Positions 8,926 through 17,503 are shown, counted from the stretch's first letter. The stretch: 64,000 nucleotides of DNA from an uncultured Rickettsiales bacterium (GCA_964654855.1 CAZZJS010000008.1:4220-68219), one strand, 5' to 3'. The notes: generated from the sequence alone by a model not told the origin. A program made the numbers and translations.

Positions 8926-9826
8926 ATCTGCTTCTTCAGCACTAATAAAGATCATTATGGCGACGACTCAATCGCTGGTGAAAGATGAAAATTCTCACCA
9001 ATCTTATTTTGACATGAGAAAGCAAATAATTCCCTATTTCTGTAATCTCAATGATGAAAAAAAATTGGAAGCTATTAAACTGCTTGAGGCGGAGTTAGGA
9101 GGAAAAGATATTTTGCGTCTGCTTGTGCCAGATCAATATATCGCCAATCTCCTTGCCGTATTAAATGCTCATTATATTTCAGCCTCTAATGGTGTTTCTC
9201 TTGCAAATCTGATTGAGAATCTTGATTCATACCTGCTACCCCAACAGGGGAGCCTACAATCAAAAGCGCGAAAATTGCTATTAGGGTTTATAGCGACCCA
9301 GTTAAGAGAAAATGATGCAACACTAAATGGTGCATATCTTATTTTAGGGGATATGTTCAATACTAGCGAAAGTGATGTTAAGCGGGGCTATAAAGAGTAT
9401 ATTGAAAGCGACCTCCACCGTAATGATCATGCGTTTCAATACCATTTATTGCTGATTTCATTTTGTATGCTTGAATGTGCTAGAGAAAATTGGCGATTGT
9501 CAGAATTAGAGCTTTCAAGCGAGCCATCTTCCAATAAACGGGAAAAGTTAAAAAAAGCCTACGGTGCCTATGATAAATGGCGAATGAATACGATGATAAG
9601 TAATCGTGATGAAGCGCGTGAAATGCTGCTCTCTGACGAGCCGTTAGTTGCCAAATTTATGCGACCGGAATTTGTAGATTTGCTTAATACGAAGCAAGCA
9701 GATTTCACGAATGAAGAAATTATCGCTATTTTAATGTTGCGTATATTTCAAATTGAAGATGATTCACCTATCAATTTGCGTTCAGCATTTTCATTAGATG
9801 AACCTGTGTCAAAGTCTTTGGCCTAG
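8918..9826 (+). CDS. hypothetical protein (302 aa)
   Basis: ORF overlaps the int B stop by 8 nt (ATGGATAA). Predicted mostly helical. No recognisable motifs. Confidence 0.55.
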   Translation: MDKSASSALIKIIMATTQSLVKDENSHQSYFDMRKQIIPYFCNLNDEKKLEAIKLLEAELGGKDILRLLVPDQYIANLLAVLNAHYISASNGVSLANLIENLDSYLLPQQGSLQSKARKLLLGFIATQLRENDATLNGAYLILGDMFNTSESDVKRGYKEYIESDLHRNDHAFQYHLLLISFCMLECARENWRLSELELSSEPSSNKREKLKKAYGAYDKWRMNTMISNRDEAREMLLSDEPLVAKFMRPEFVDLLNTKQADFTNEEIIAILMLRIFQIEDDSPINLRSAFSLDEPVSKSLA

Positions 9827-9940
9827 GTTCAAAGTTTTTTGCTCACCTAGCCAAAAGGTTTGTTCTCCCAGTATTTTAGCATTGTTGGAAGGCGATAAGC
9901 GTCTCCACAAATGTTGAAATCAATAATTGGGGAAAGAACC

Positions 9941-10156
9941 ATGCAGAAAAAATATTATTCACCGAAAGAATTATCGGAACTGTGGGGCGTGTCGGAAAAT
10001 ACGCTTCGCAAATGGCGCTGGGAGGGGAAAGGGCCAAAATTTGTCAAATTAGGTGCGCGGGTGGCATATCGTGCGGTCGATATTGACACTTATTCGGAGC
10101 AAAACCTTCATTCATCTACCACCTTAGCGATGGAGGAGGATCATGCCTCATTATAA
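9941..10156 (+). CDS. AlpA/excisionase-family HTH DNA-binding protein
   Basis: YYSPKELSELWGVSENTLRKWRWEGKGPKFVKLGARVAYRAVDIDTY fits the HTH_17/AlpA pattern. ATG 9941 is preferred over the track start 9911. Confidence 0.75.
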   Translation: MQKKYYSPKELSELWGVSENTLRKWRWEGKGPKFVKLGARVAYRAVDIDTYSEQNLHSSTTLAMEEDHASL

Positions 10157-10460
10157 GCTAAATTTTGATGCAATAAACGAGAAAGCGCTACAGCACAGTT
10201 TTGCCATATTGCGGCGTTGGTTGCCGGATGGAAAGATTGCATGCGGAGAATATATTGCGCGTAATCCCAAACGAGCAGATCGCAAGGCCGGATCGTTTAA
10301 GATCAACCTCACTAGCGGAAAGTGGGCAGATTTTGCAACGGGAGATAAAGGCTCAGGCTTTATCTCATTGGCATCCTATCTTCATAATCTTGAAACTTAT
10401 GAGGCGGCAAAGCAATTAGCGCAGATGCTTGGGATGGTGGGGGTGAGTCATGACCAATAA
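10143..10460 (+). CDS. primase N-terminal (zinc-ribbon-like) domain protein, separate ORF
   Basis: RRWLPDGKIACGEYIARNPKRADRKAGSFKINLTSGKWADFATGDKGSGFISLASYL resembles the N-terminal region of P4-alpha-like primases. Overlaps alpA by 14 nt and the Toprim ORF by 11 nt. Confidence 0.5.
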   Translation: MPHYKLNFDAINEKALQHSFAILRRWLPDGKIACGEYIARNPKRADRKAGSFKINLTSGKWADFATGDKGSGFISLASYLHNLETYEAAKQLAQMLGMVGVSHDQ

Positions 10461-12936
10461 TGTCTCTTTTGCTCCACTTGATGAATCTGAAAAGGAGAAT
10501 CAAGCGCCTAAATCAAAACGAGATACGCTGTGGGAGCCTATCTTTCCAGTTCAAGAGGGTGTTATTGAGCCTTCAGGGATGAAACACCCTAAGCATAATG
10601 TAGCAGTATCACAAGATTGGCCATATTATGATGAGCAAGGCCGATTGCTCGGTTATAATTTACGGTTTGATTTTGAGGTGGATGGCGAGTCTGAGAAAGA
10701 TTATAGGCCTTATACCTATTGGAAAAACACTCAAACGGGCGAATGCCAATGGAAATTTAAGGGGTTCCCAAAGCCAAGGCCGCTTTATGGTTTGGATTGG
10801 TTGGCATCGAATCCGCACGCTACCGTTATTATTTGCGAAGGTGAAAAGTCAGCCCTCGCACTACACAAGGTTGTTGGTGGCGATTATGTTGCGGTTACGA
10901 CCGGCGGCGAGAGTTCAGTCAAATATGCTAATCTCATGCCCCTCAAAGATCGAAAAATTATCATCTGGCCGGATAAGGATAAAGCAGGTTCGAATTACGC
11001 TAAGCAACTATATCAACGGCTGATGGGTGAATCCATTGCCGGTGACGTTTCAATTATTGGGCCACCAACCGATAAGCCGGAAAAATGGGATGCAGCAGAT
11101 GCGATAGAATATGGCTGGGGAAAAACAGAATGCCTAGCCCTTATAGGGAATGCACAAACAGTTAAAATTCCCTATAGGGAAAAGATTCCCTATAGGGTTT
11201 GCGAGAAGGGTTTGTATTTCTCACCACCAGCCAAAGAGGATGGTACCCCCAAGGATGAAATATGGTTATCTGACCCTATAGAGGTGTTAGCACAAACTCG
11301 TGATGAAAAAGGGCATGAATGGGGGCTATTACTTCGCTGGAAAGATGCCGATCATCGTACTCATGAGGAGGCCTTTTCCAAAAAGCATTTTGCGGCATCG
11401 GATGGTAAAGCACTGATTGAGCATTTGCTCGATCGAGGGTTAAATATTTCACCTAATCGCAATAATCGGCAAAACTTCCTCGCATATCTTCAAACAGTCA
11501 AACCACCTCGTATGGCAACTAGCGTGACCAGAGTTGGTTGGAAGGATAGCTTTTATATGCTGCATGATGGGTGCATCCCTAAGAATGAAGAAATTTATCT
11601 GCAAAACGCTGCGATTGAGCATGGCCGTTTCAAGCCAAACGGTACGTTGCCGCAGTGGAGAGAAGAGATAGGTCGCTATATCGCCGGTAATTCTCGGCTT
11701 GTGCTATTTGCATGTTCGGCATTTGCTGCGCCTTTACTCAAAATAGCAGATGAAAAAGAAGGTGGTGGTTTTCATCTTTACGGCGGCACCTCGGTCGGTA
11801 AAAGTACCGCCTTAGAAGTCGCGGCTAGTATTTGGGGTGATCATGATTACATTCACCAATGGCGTAATACGGATAATGCCTTTGAGGCTGTTGCACTTGC
11901 TCATAATGACGGTTTGTTATGCTTAGATGAATTACACCAAGTCGATCCAAAAGCCCTAGATAAAATCATCTACATGATCGCCAATGGCCGCCCTAAAGGT
12001 CGGATGCGTAAAGATACTACGCTCAAACAGGCAGAAAACTGGCTAGTATTGCCCTTATCGGTCGGTGAGGTGACGGTCGAACAACGGCTTGCTGAAGGTC
12101 AGATCAAAGCGCATGGTGGTATGGAAAGCCGTTTTGCGACCATTGCTGCCGATGCCGGAAAGGGTTATGGTCTCTATGATAATATCCATCATTTTACCTC
12201 AGGCGAACAATTAAGCGATCATCTCAAACAAGCTAGTAAGCGCTATTATGGTGCTCCCATTCGTACCTTTATCGAAAAACTAGTACCCATATCGCATGAG
12301 GATATCAAAAGAGAGCTATTGCAGCACCGTGACGCATGGGTGGAGCGTTATGTCAGCTTAGATATCAAAGGGGGTCAAATAGGCCGTGTAGCGAAGCGCT
12401 TTGGCTTGCTCTCTTATGCCGGAAAACTCGCCAATCAGTTTGAGATATTAGGTTGCGGTCAAGATGCGATAGATGAGGGGCTGAGTGTTTGTTTCAGTGC
12501 ATGGCTTTCTGAGCGTGGTACGCTTGGTGATGTTGATATTTATCATGCGATTGAGCGCATCAAAGCATGGTTTAGTAAATATGCTCATAACTCGTTCATT
12601 ACTCTTGGCAGTGAAGAGTTAGATCAAGTTCCTCGTACCATGCGAGAACAGGCAGGTTTTAGCCGTTACATCGACAATCAAAAGCAATTCATTGTGACGG
12701 ATAGTTTCTTCAAAGGTGAGTTTGCAAAAGGCGTGAATGAGAAATCTCTCGCACGTGAACTCGTCAATCAAGGCTATTTATTGCAAGATGGCCAGCAAAA
12801 TACAAAAGTACCGGTGCGTATTCCAGCCCCTCATAGCAATAATAAACCACAGCGCCGGTACATCTTCACACAAAATATAATCGAAAATGAATGCTGTAAC
12901 AGCGTAACAACTGTAACAGAGGAGGAGGTGATATGA
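10450..12936 (+). CDS. Toprim primase / DUF927-type helicase-like replication protein (P4 alpha-like)
   Basis: 828 aa. Toprim VIICEGEKSALAL...IIIWPDKDKAG. P-loop GGTSVGKST with Walker B-like LLCLDELH. Confidence 0.85.
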   Translation: MTNNVSFAPLDESEKENQAPKSKRDTLWEPIFPVQEGVIEPSGMKHPKHNVAVSQDWPYYDEQGRLLGYNLRFDFEVDGESEKDYRPYTYWKNTQTGECQWKFKGFPKPRPLYGLDWLASNPHATVIICEGEKSALALHKVVGGDYVAVTTGGESSVKYANLMPLKDRKIIIWPDKDKAGSNYAKQLYQRLMGESIAGDVSIIGPPTDKPEKWDAADAIEYGWGKTECLALIGNAQTVKIPYREKIPYRVCEKGLYFSPPAKEDGTPKDEIWLSDPIEVLAQTRDEKGHEWGLLLRWKDADHRTHEEAFSKKHFAASDGKALIEHLLDRGLNISPNRNNRQNFLAYLQTVKPPRMATSVTRVGWKDSFYMLHDGCIPKNEEIYLQNAAIEHGRFKPNGTLPQWREEIGRYIAGNSRLVLFACSAFAAPLLKIADEKEGGGFHLYGGTSVGKSTALEVAASIWGDHDYIHQWRNTDNAFEAVALAHNDGLLCLDELHQVDPKALDKIIYMIANGRPKGRMRKDTTLKQAENWLVLPLSVGEVTVEQRLAEGQIKAHGGMESRFATIAADAGKGYGLYDNIHHFTSGEQLSDHLKQASKRYYGAPIRTFIEKLVPISHEDIKRELLQHRDAWVERYVSLDIKGGQIGRVAKRFGLLSYAGKLANQFEILGCGQDAIDEGLSVCFSAWLSERGTLGDVDIYHAIERIKAWFSKYAHNSFITLGSEELDQVPRTMREQAGFSRYIDNQKQFIVTDSFFKGEFAKGVNEKSLARELVNQGYLLQDGQQNTKVPVRIPAPHSNNKPQRRYIFTQNIIENECCNSVTTVTEEEVI

Positions 12937-13112
12937 ATATCAATCAGTTAGAGTGAATCACTTCGTTACAGAATCGTGGTTGGAATCTGTAACCATTGTA
13001 ACTGTTACACTCGTTACGAAATGGAATTAGCAGCCTGTAACGAGTGAAAATAAAATAAGCTATTGATATACAATAACTCAAAAAGCTTGTTACAGCCGTT
13101 ACATGGTTACAA
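12894..13112. repeat. iteron cluster, putative replication origin of island B
   Basis: There are 12 copies of GTAAC/GTTAC, mostly as (C)TGTAACR / YGTTACA: 12896, 12904, 12913, 12965, 12989, 12998, 13004, 13013, 13037, 13089, 13098, 13106. All lie within about 215 bp, where chance expectation is below 1. The cluster starts in the 3' end of the primase gene and is followed by an AT-rich stretch. Confidence 0.6.
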
Positions 13113-13196
13113 AGATTAAAACTTAAATGAATAACGAAATAAAAGTTATTTAACGGTAATGGATGAAATGGCGGAAAAGTGAGTTTTTATTTCGTC

Positions 13197-13240
13197 ATTT
13201 CCCTTAGGGAAAAACAGTTTTTGCACTCCCTAAGGGAAAT
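13197..13240. repeat. perfect 14-bp inverted repeat (ATTTCCCTTAGGGA ... TCCCTAAGGGAAAT), 16-nt spacer
   Basis: Arms at 13197-13210 and 13227-13240 are exact reverse complements. No T-run follows, so a protein-binding or ori-associated role is likelier than a terminator. Confidence 0.5.
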
Positions 13241-13336
13241 CCTGCGATAGTGAGGTTTCGCTATATATAGAAATCAAAACAGTAAAAAGAACAGTTTAAA
13301 ACTGTTTTTAAACAGAAAAATAAAAGGAATTGAACA

Positions 13337-13570
13337 ATGATACGATTAGTTGCAATGGCGATGGGAGTGGGTTTTGCTGCTATCGCCGCTAAAATACTCG
13401 AAACGGAAAAAGAAGCTCCTATTTTGGATGAACCTGCCAATATGGAAAACGATGGTGAAATGAAAGACGAAAACGCCTATCAGCGCGGAGATCGTTTTTT
13501 CTGCCCCGATACAGGAATAGAGCTACAAGTTCGCGCTGTCGGGGGCCGCCCACGTAAGAATGAAGTTTGA
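13337..13570 (+). CDS. small hypothetical protein with N-terminal TM helix (77 aa)
   Basis: AAGGA SD lies 8 nt upstream. MIRLVAMAMGVGFAAIAAKIL is hydrophobic and the middle is acidic. Confidence 0.4.
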   Translation: MIRLVAMAMGVGFAAIAAKILETEKEAPILDEPANMENDGEMKDENAYQRGDRFFCPDTGIELQVRAVGGRPRKNEV

Positions 13571-13639
13571 CGCAATAGATTAATCAGCGTTACACTTTTA
13601 CCGAAAGGTTTTCTTCTGGCCAAGAGCGGACATTCAAGC

Positions 13640-14434
13640 TTAATTATTTTGTAATTTATTGCATCCTTCGGGATAGGTTTTTCCTACCTCCTTAAATATT
13701 ACATCCTCTGCTGTATGAACTTTAAGTACTTTCGCTGTTTCTAGGCAATCTACAATGGCCAAGTCAGTGCCTTCAATACTCACTGTGACTCCCATACTGG
13801 CAGCCCATGCTTTGGAAGCTGTACTAGCCACAGAATGGGCATTCCAACCATCTCGAAGCTGAGTCTGTACTTCTACGATGCGCGGCCTTCCAATGCTTTC
13901 CAACTTATTTGCAATGATATTATCTGATAACCAAAAATATGCAGATTCTCCACCCCAGCTTCTAAGCAAAGGTTTAACACCACAATGGTTAGCTGATTTT
14001 GGGGTTGTAACCGTCCAAAATCGATTTGATCTGCTATCTGCTTGTTTTTGGAATGGACTTTTTTGCAAGATAATATCAACTTCATTTTTTGTTAAAAGTT
14101 GTTTGCTCTTGAGGGTCTTTAGGCGTTGGTGCAAGCTATCAAGCGTGGATGCAGTTATGCGATCTTTCATAGACAATACCTCATCATCCAAGAGTCTTGT
14201 ATAATGCCACACACGTATTGATCTCTCTAAAAACATGGGGGTTATAATATGTTCTAATGCTTCGTTGTAAGCTGCACTGTATTGATTTGGTTTTAAGCTT
14301 TCATATGGATCACTATTTAAGTGCTCATCCATTAAGCGCTTTTCTTCACTAAAATAATTAGTAATAAGGGCGGAACAACTAACCAATAAGCTCCGAAGCT
14401 CATTATCAAATGTTTCTGGGTTCCAGCAATCCAT
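13640..14434 (-). CDS. hypothetical protein (264 aa from ATG 14434; 266 aa if TTG 14440), downstream partner of the two-gene cargo operon
   Basis: ATG 14434-14432 shares its A with the TGA stop (14436-14434) of the upstream ORF, giving TGATG. No recognisable domain. Confidence 0.7.
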   Translation of the reverse strand: MDCWNPETFDNELRSLLVSCSALITNYFSEEKRLMDEHLNSDPYESLKPNQYSAAYNEALEHIITPMFLERSIRVWHYTRLLDDEVLSMKDRITASTLDSLHQRLKTLKSKQLLTKNEVDIILQKSPFQKQADSRSNRFWTVTTPKSANHCGVKPLLRSWGGESAYFWLSDNIIANKLESIGRPRIVEVQTQLRDGWNAHSVASTASKAWAASMGVTVSIEGTDLAIVDCLETAKVLKVHTAEDVIFKEVGKTYPEGCNKLQNN

Positions 14435-16143
14435 CAACAACCCTCAAACTGACTCTGAACAATCTCTAATTCATCGCATATAATTTCACAAATGTGGCGA
14501 AAGTGAGAAGCATATGTTTCATGCTCACTCAATGCATCCATTGATAATTGCTCAGCATCACTTTTTGCGCTGTGCCCTTTCGCTTTGGTTCGAATAAGTT
14601 GGGCTGTACGCAATCCATTTAGTTTCAGTGGCTCTTCTATCTCCTCATTCGAGTTAATGACTTTCTCAAGAAGAGATAGGCTACCTTCTTGTTTATCGAA
14701 AGTGATACTCCTTTCCCTTAACCGTTCACGTAAATCCTTTACTACAAACCCCTCATGAATAAGTTGTGTAAGAGCTAGAAATGACTCCGCCCACTCATCT
14801 CGGCTTGAGGTTAGCGGAACTGTAGCGTTATCAATTAGCCGGTCATCTTTAAGTTTCCACCAAGAATGTTTATTTCTATTCCAATCACGAGAAAAATTCT
14901 TAATTTTTTCTAAAGGGTCAACGAATGATACAAACTGCCCTTCAAAATCATTTACAAATGCTCTTTTTGAAATAGAAGCTTTTGGTTCCTCATTGTATGA
15001 GAGCCAATGCAATAATTCCGATTCAGGCAACCTACGTAAATAACACATATACGCGAATACTTGTCCTGCCTCATTCACATCAAATGCCTCAAGATACCAT
15101 GCTGCCCTGCAATGGATATCTCTCTCCCCTATGGTATATTTATCCTTATCAGCTTTATATTTAAGCAATACTTCTGGCTTGAAAAATGCAGGTGAAAGCT
15201 CAAATGGAAGGTCGTTATTTTCGGTTTCAAAATAATTCACTGTTTCTTTAGGGTCTGTTGATATTTTCCTTACCCGATGGTTTCTCCAGTCATAAGCAAT
15301 AAACTCAAAATGATTCGTATCTTTCTCTCCATAAAAACCACCCTTCATATCAGAGAAGATTAATGACTTAGATCTCCTTGGCCGAACAATCTGAACCCCT
15401 CTGGTATAGGCAGCATCACCATTTATTTTTTGTCTGTAAAACAGTGTACCATTAATATCGAGAATAGCTTCATCACCACCTCCCCAGCTCGAAAAGTTAG
15501 ACCTATCAAGCAATGTAAAATCAAAAAGTCTTACCAAGACTTGGTTTGAAGCAGCAAGATATGAATCGAGAGACGAACGATCAAATGTAACTAGTGAAAT
15601 TTCATTTATCGAATTTCGTTTTGTAATTGATACACATGGCTTAAGGTCTCCTTGCTCATCAAACTTACAATAACCGCGCTGCTCAGGTCGCCAGTGTAAA
15701 CCTTCAAGGTGAGCGTACTCCTGAGAAAGTTCAAAGTAATCTCGATCTTCACCACTCCAACCTTCAAAAGTTCTTCCATAAATGAGATGAGAGCCTTTAG
15801 CTAAAATTTTTGAACCAGTTCCACTTGCTCCACGTTCAACCCATATGTCATCTCTTCCACCGCCCCAAACATAGCTTGCAGCAGATACATATGGATTTAC
15901 ACTCCACCCCAACAAGTCATCTTTGTCTAATGGGTTCATAAATTCTTCAGGAACTACCATGCCATAAACAAAGCTGTACTCAGCTGCTCCATAGACCACT
16001 ATTTCTTGAGATTTTGTATTATTTTCAAGAAACCCAAGATGTGCTTCGGCTTGAACCCACTCCGCCATAGTTTTCTTTTCTGACGGCAGCTTATCAAGAT
16101 TCACAAGCTTCTCAGCAATTTTTTTATGTTCAAAACTTGGCAT
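14434..16143 (-). CDS. hypothetical protein (569 aa), upstream partner of the two-gene cargo operon
   Basis: Long ORF with ATG start. Duplicated W-G-G-G motifs at residues 93-96 and 220-223. C-terminal helical region contains RTKAKGH (Rx5H, 14572-14592). No P-loop or other diagnostic motif. Confidence 0.75.
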   Translation of the reverse strand: MPSFEHKKIAEKLVNLDKLPSEKKTMAEWVQAEAHLGFLENNTKSQEIVVYGAAEYSFVYGMVVPEEFMNPLDKDDLLGWSVNPYVSAASYVWGGGRDDIWVERGASGTGSKILAKGSHLIYGRTFEGWSGEDRDYFELSQEYAHLEGLHWRPEQRGYCKFDEQGDLKPCVSITKRNSINEISLVTFDRSSLDSYLAASNQVLVRLFDFTLLDRSNFSSWGGGDEAILDINGTLFYRQKINGDAAYTRGVQIVRPRRSKSLIFSDMKGGFYGEKDTNHFEFIAYDWRNHRVRKISTDPKETVNYFETENNDLPFELSPAFFKPEVLLKYKADKDKYTIGERDIHCRAAWYLEAFDVNEAGQVFAYMCYLRRLPESELLHWLSYNEEPKASISKRAFVNDFEGQFVSFVDPLEKIKNFSRDWNRNKHSWWKLKDDRLIDNATVPLTSSRDEWAESFLALTQLIHEGFVVKDLRERLRERSITFDKQEGSLSLLEKVINSNEEIEEPLKLNGLRTAQLIRTKAKGHSAKSDAEQLSMDALSEHETYASHFRHICEIICDELEIVQSQFEGC

Positions 16144-16388
16144 GATTAATAACGCTATGTCCTTATATTAATCCGAATTAAAAGGTCCGCTTTGGATCGA
16201 AAGAAGTCACATTACAACTTTATATATACATAAAGGAGCTGCGCCTAATAATATTCTTTGAGCAACTTTTTCACTGAAAAATTAGAGGGGATTAAATAAT
16301 CATATTGAGAGGTGAGTTCAATTCAAATTAAGGATGGAAATAATTTCTCAGGGGCCGCAGTCCTTTCTTTTAAGGCTGCGATAATTTG

Positions 16389-16429
16389 AAAAAAGGGAGC
16401 GCTTCTAGTGACAGCACTCCCCCTTTTTT
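16389..16429 (-). terminator. rho-independent terminator downstream of the lipoprotein gene (A-run and T-run on both sides)
   Basis: AAAAAAGGGAGCGC-ttctagtgaca-GCACTCCCCCTTTTTT. An 8-bp stem with one mismatch, flanked by T-runs on both strands. Confidence 0.6.
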
Positions 16430-16451
16430 AAGGTTAATCTAATTAGCTAAA

Positions 16452-16949
16452 CTAACGTCTATTTCTAGGGTTGTTATTTGGGTTAGCTGGTTTGTCTTTT
16501 TCTGCAATAATTCTTTCATATTGGAGCTTTTCATCTAACCATTGCTGGCGCTCTGCATCAGATTTCCAATTCTTTTTCTCTAGAAAGACCTTTGTTTGTT
16601 TTGGGTATTCTTGCGCTGCACCAGATGCTGCATCAACAATAACGCCAATACCACCACCAAGGATAATATTTCCTAGGGTGGCACCCTGAAATTTCTCTTC
16701 AACGACTGTCACACCATCATTATACCCAGCTTTCTCACATTTTACTGTAAGAGGGCCATCTCCTTTATTAACCATCGCGCTATCAGGAGTGGACTTGATA
16801 TAATAACTTCCGCCTGCGGAATCCTTCAAGTCGCAGCTTGAGCCGATTGCATACGGAGTCTCAACAGTGATTTGTTGAGTTGTACCAGTAGTGATAGTTG
16901 CACAGGCGCTAAGCCCTAGTACAGCGGGTAAGAGAATTAGTTTTTTCAT
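16452..16949 (-). CDS. lipoprotein with glycine-zipper segment
   Basis: Signal peptide plus lipobox MKKLILLPAVLGLSAC. Contains GNIILGGGIGVIVDAASGA and a basic, Asn/Pro-rich tail. Confidence 0.75.
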   Translation of the reverse strand: MKKLILLPAVLGLSACATITTGTTQQITVETPYAIGSSCDLKDSAGGSYYIKSTPDSAMVNKGDGPLTVKCEKAGYNDGVTVVEEKFQGATLGNIILGGGIGVIVDAASGAAQEYPKQTKVFLEKKNWKSDAERQQWLDEKLQYERIIAEKDKPANPNNNPRNRR

Positions 16950-16995
16950 GCTTCAGTGTTCCTTATGGGTTGTAATTAGTACGTTATTTTTAGGT

Positions 16996-17133
16996 TTAAT
17001 GGCAGTGGTATGGCTGAGAGCCTGCATGGCAGCATTTCCCTTGAGGGGAGTCCTTACGGCAGCCCCCGCCGTGTGCTAAAGCAGTTCCGATAGTGAATGT
17101 TAGAAGTATGGCTACAGTTATGATTAACCTCAT
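16996..17133 (-). CDS. small secreted Cys/His-rich protein (45 aa), YHYH-motif-like
   Basis: Absent from the track because it is under 60 aa. MRLIITVAILLTFTIGTALAHGGGCRKDSPQGKCCHAGSQPYHCH*. Has a signal-like N-terminus and ends in YHCH. Confidence 0.4.
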   Translation of the reverse strand: MRLIITVAILLTFTIGTALAHGGGCRKDSPQGKCCHAGSQPYHCH

Positions 17134-17346
17134 TTTACGCCGCCTTTTATTATATATAATTTATCAAAGTGTTACTCTAACGATAGGCTAAGAATAGTCA
17201 ATTAAGCTAATTATCATTCCTGTTAAAGATGTAGAAGGGTAGCCCTATGAAGGTTAAGTAAACATAGATCATCGCCAGAAAGGTAGCACAAGGGTGACGC
17301 CAATTAAATTCTAGATTTATGAAATCGCGGGAAGCCGCTTTAGTGT

Positions 17347-17391
17347 CGGTTGCGGGAGTAGGATTTAAACCTACGACCTTCAGGTTATGAG
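17347..17391 (-). pseudogene. tRNA-Met(CAT) 3'-half fragment (anticodon loop to acceptor end); att-type remnant
   Basis: Reverse complement reads CTCATAACCTGAAGGTCGTAGGTTTAAATCCTACTCCCGCAACCG. This gives a CAT anticodon loop, variable loop, T-arm GTAGG/CCTAC and the acceptor 3' strand. No 5' half is present. Confidence 0.6.
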
Positions 17392-17436
17392 GTTCATCAA
17401 ATGATGTATATACCTAGAATGGTGCGGACATTCTAC

Positions 17437-17457
17437 GGGTGCCTATTTGGTGCCTAG
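17437..17457 (+). promoter_or_regulatory. second copy of the GGTGCCTAT tandem repeat motif
   Basis: GGGTGCCTATTTGGTGCCTAG. Nineteen nt are identical to 7727-7745. Lies 47 nt left of att copy 17504-17549, in the terminal arm of island B. Confidence 0.45.
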
Positions 17458-17503
17458 AATTTTCTAGAAGGCTGGCTATAACTATGTAAGTCACTGAAAA
17501 ATA

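Larger units (their letters stand above)
7608..17503. mobile_element. integrative island B, P4/PICI-like satellite-type element (int, alpA, primase-helicase, ori, cargo)
   Basis: Bounded by att copies 7561-7607 and 17504-17549. Gene order is int - orf - alpA - Zn-ribbon-like orf - Toprim/DUF927 - iterons - cargo. Confidence 0.75.

Noticed and set aside
15808-15831. P-loop in the 569-aa protein (GASGTGSK)
   Set aside because: The sequence is GxxGxGSK, not GxxxxGK[ST]. No Walker B follows, so it is probably not an NTPase.
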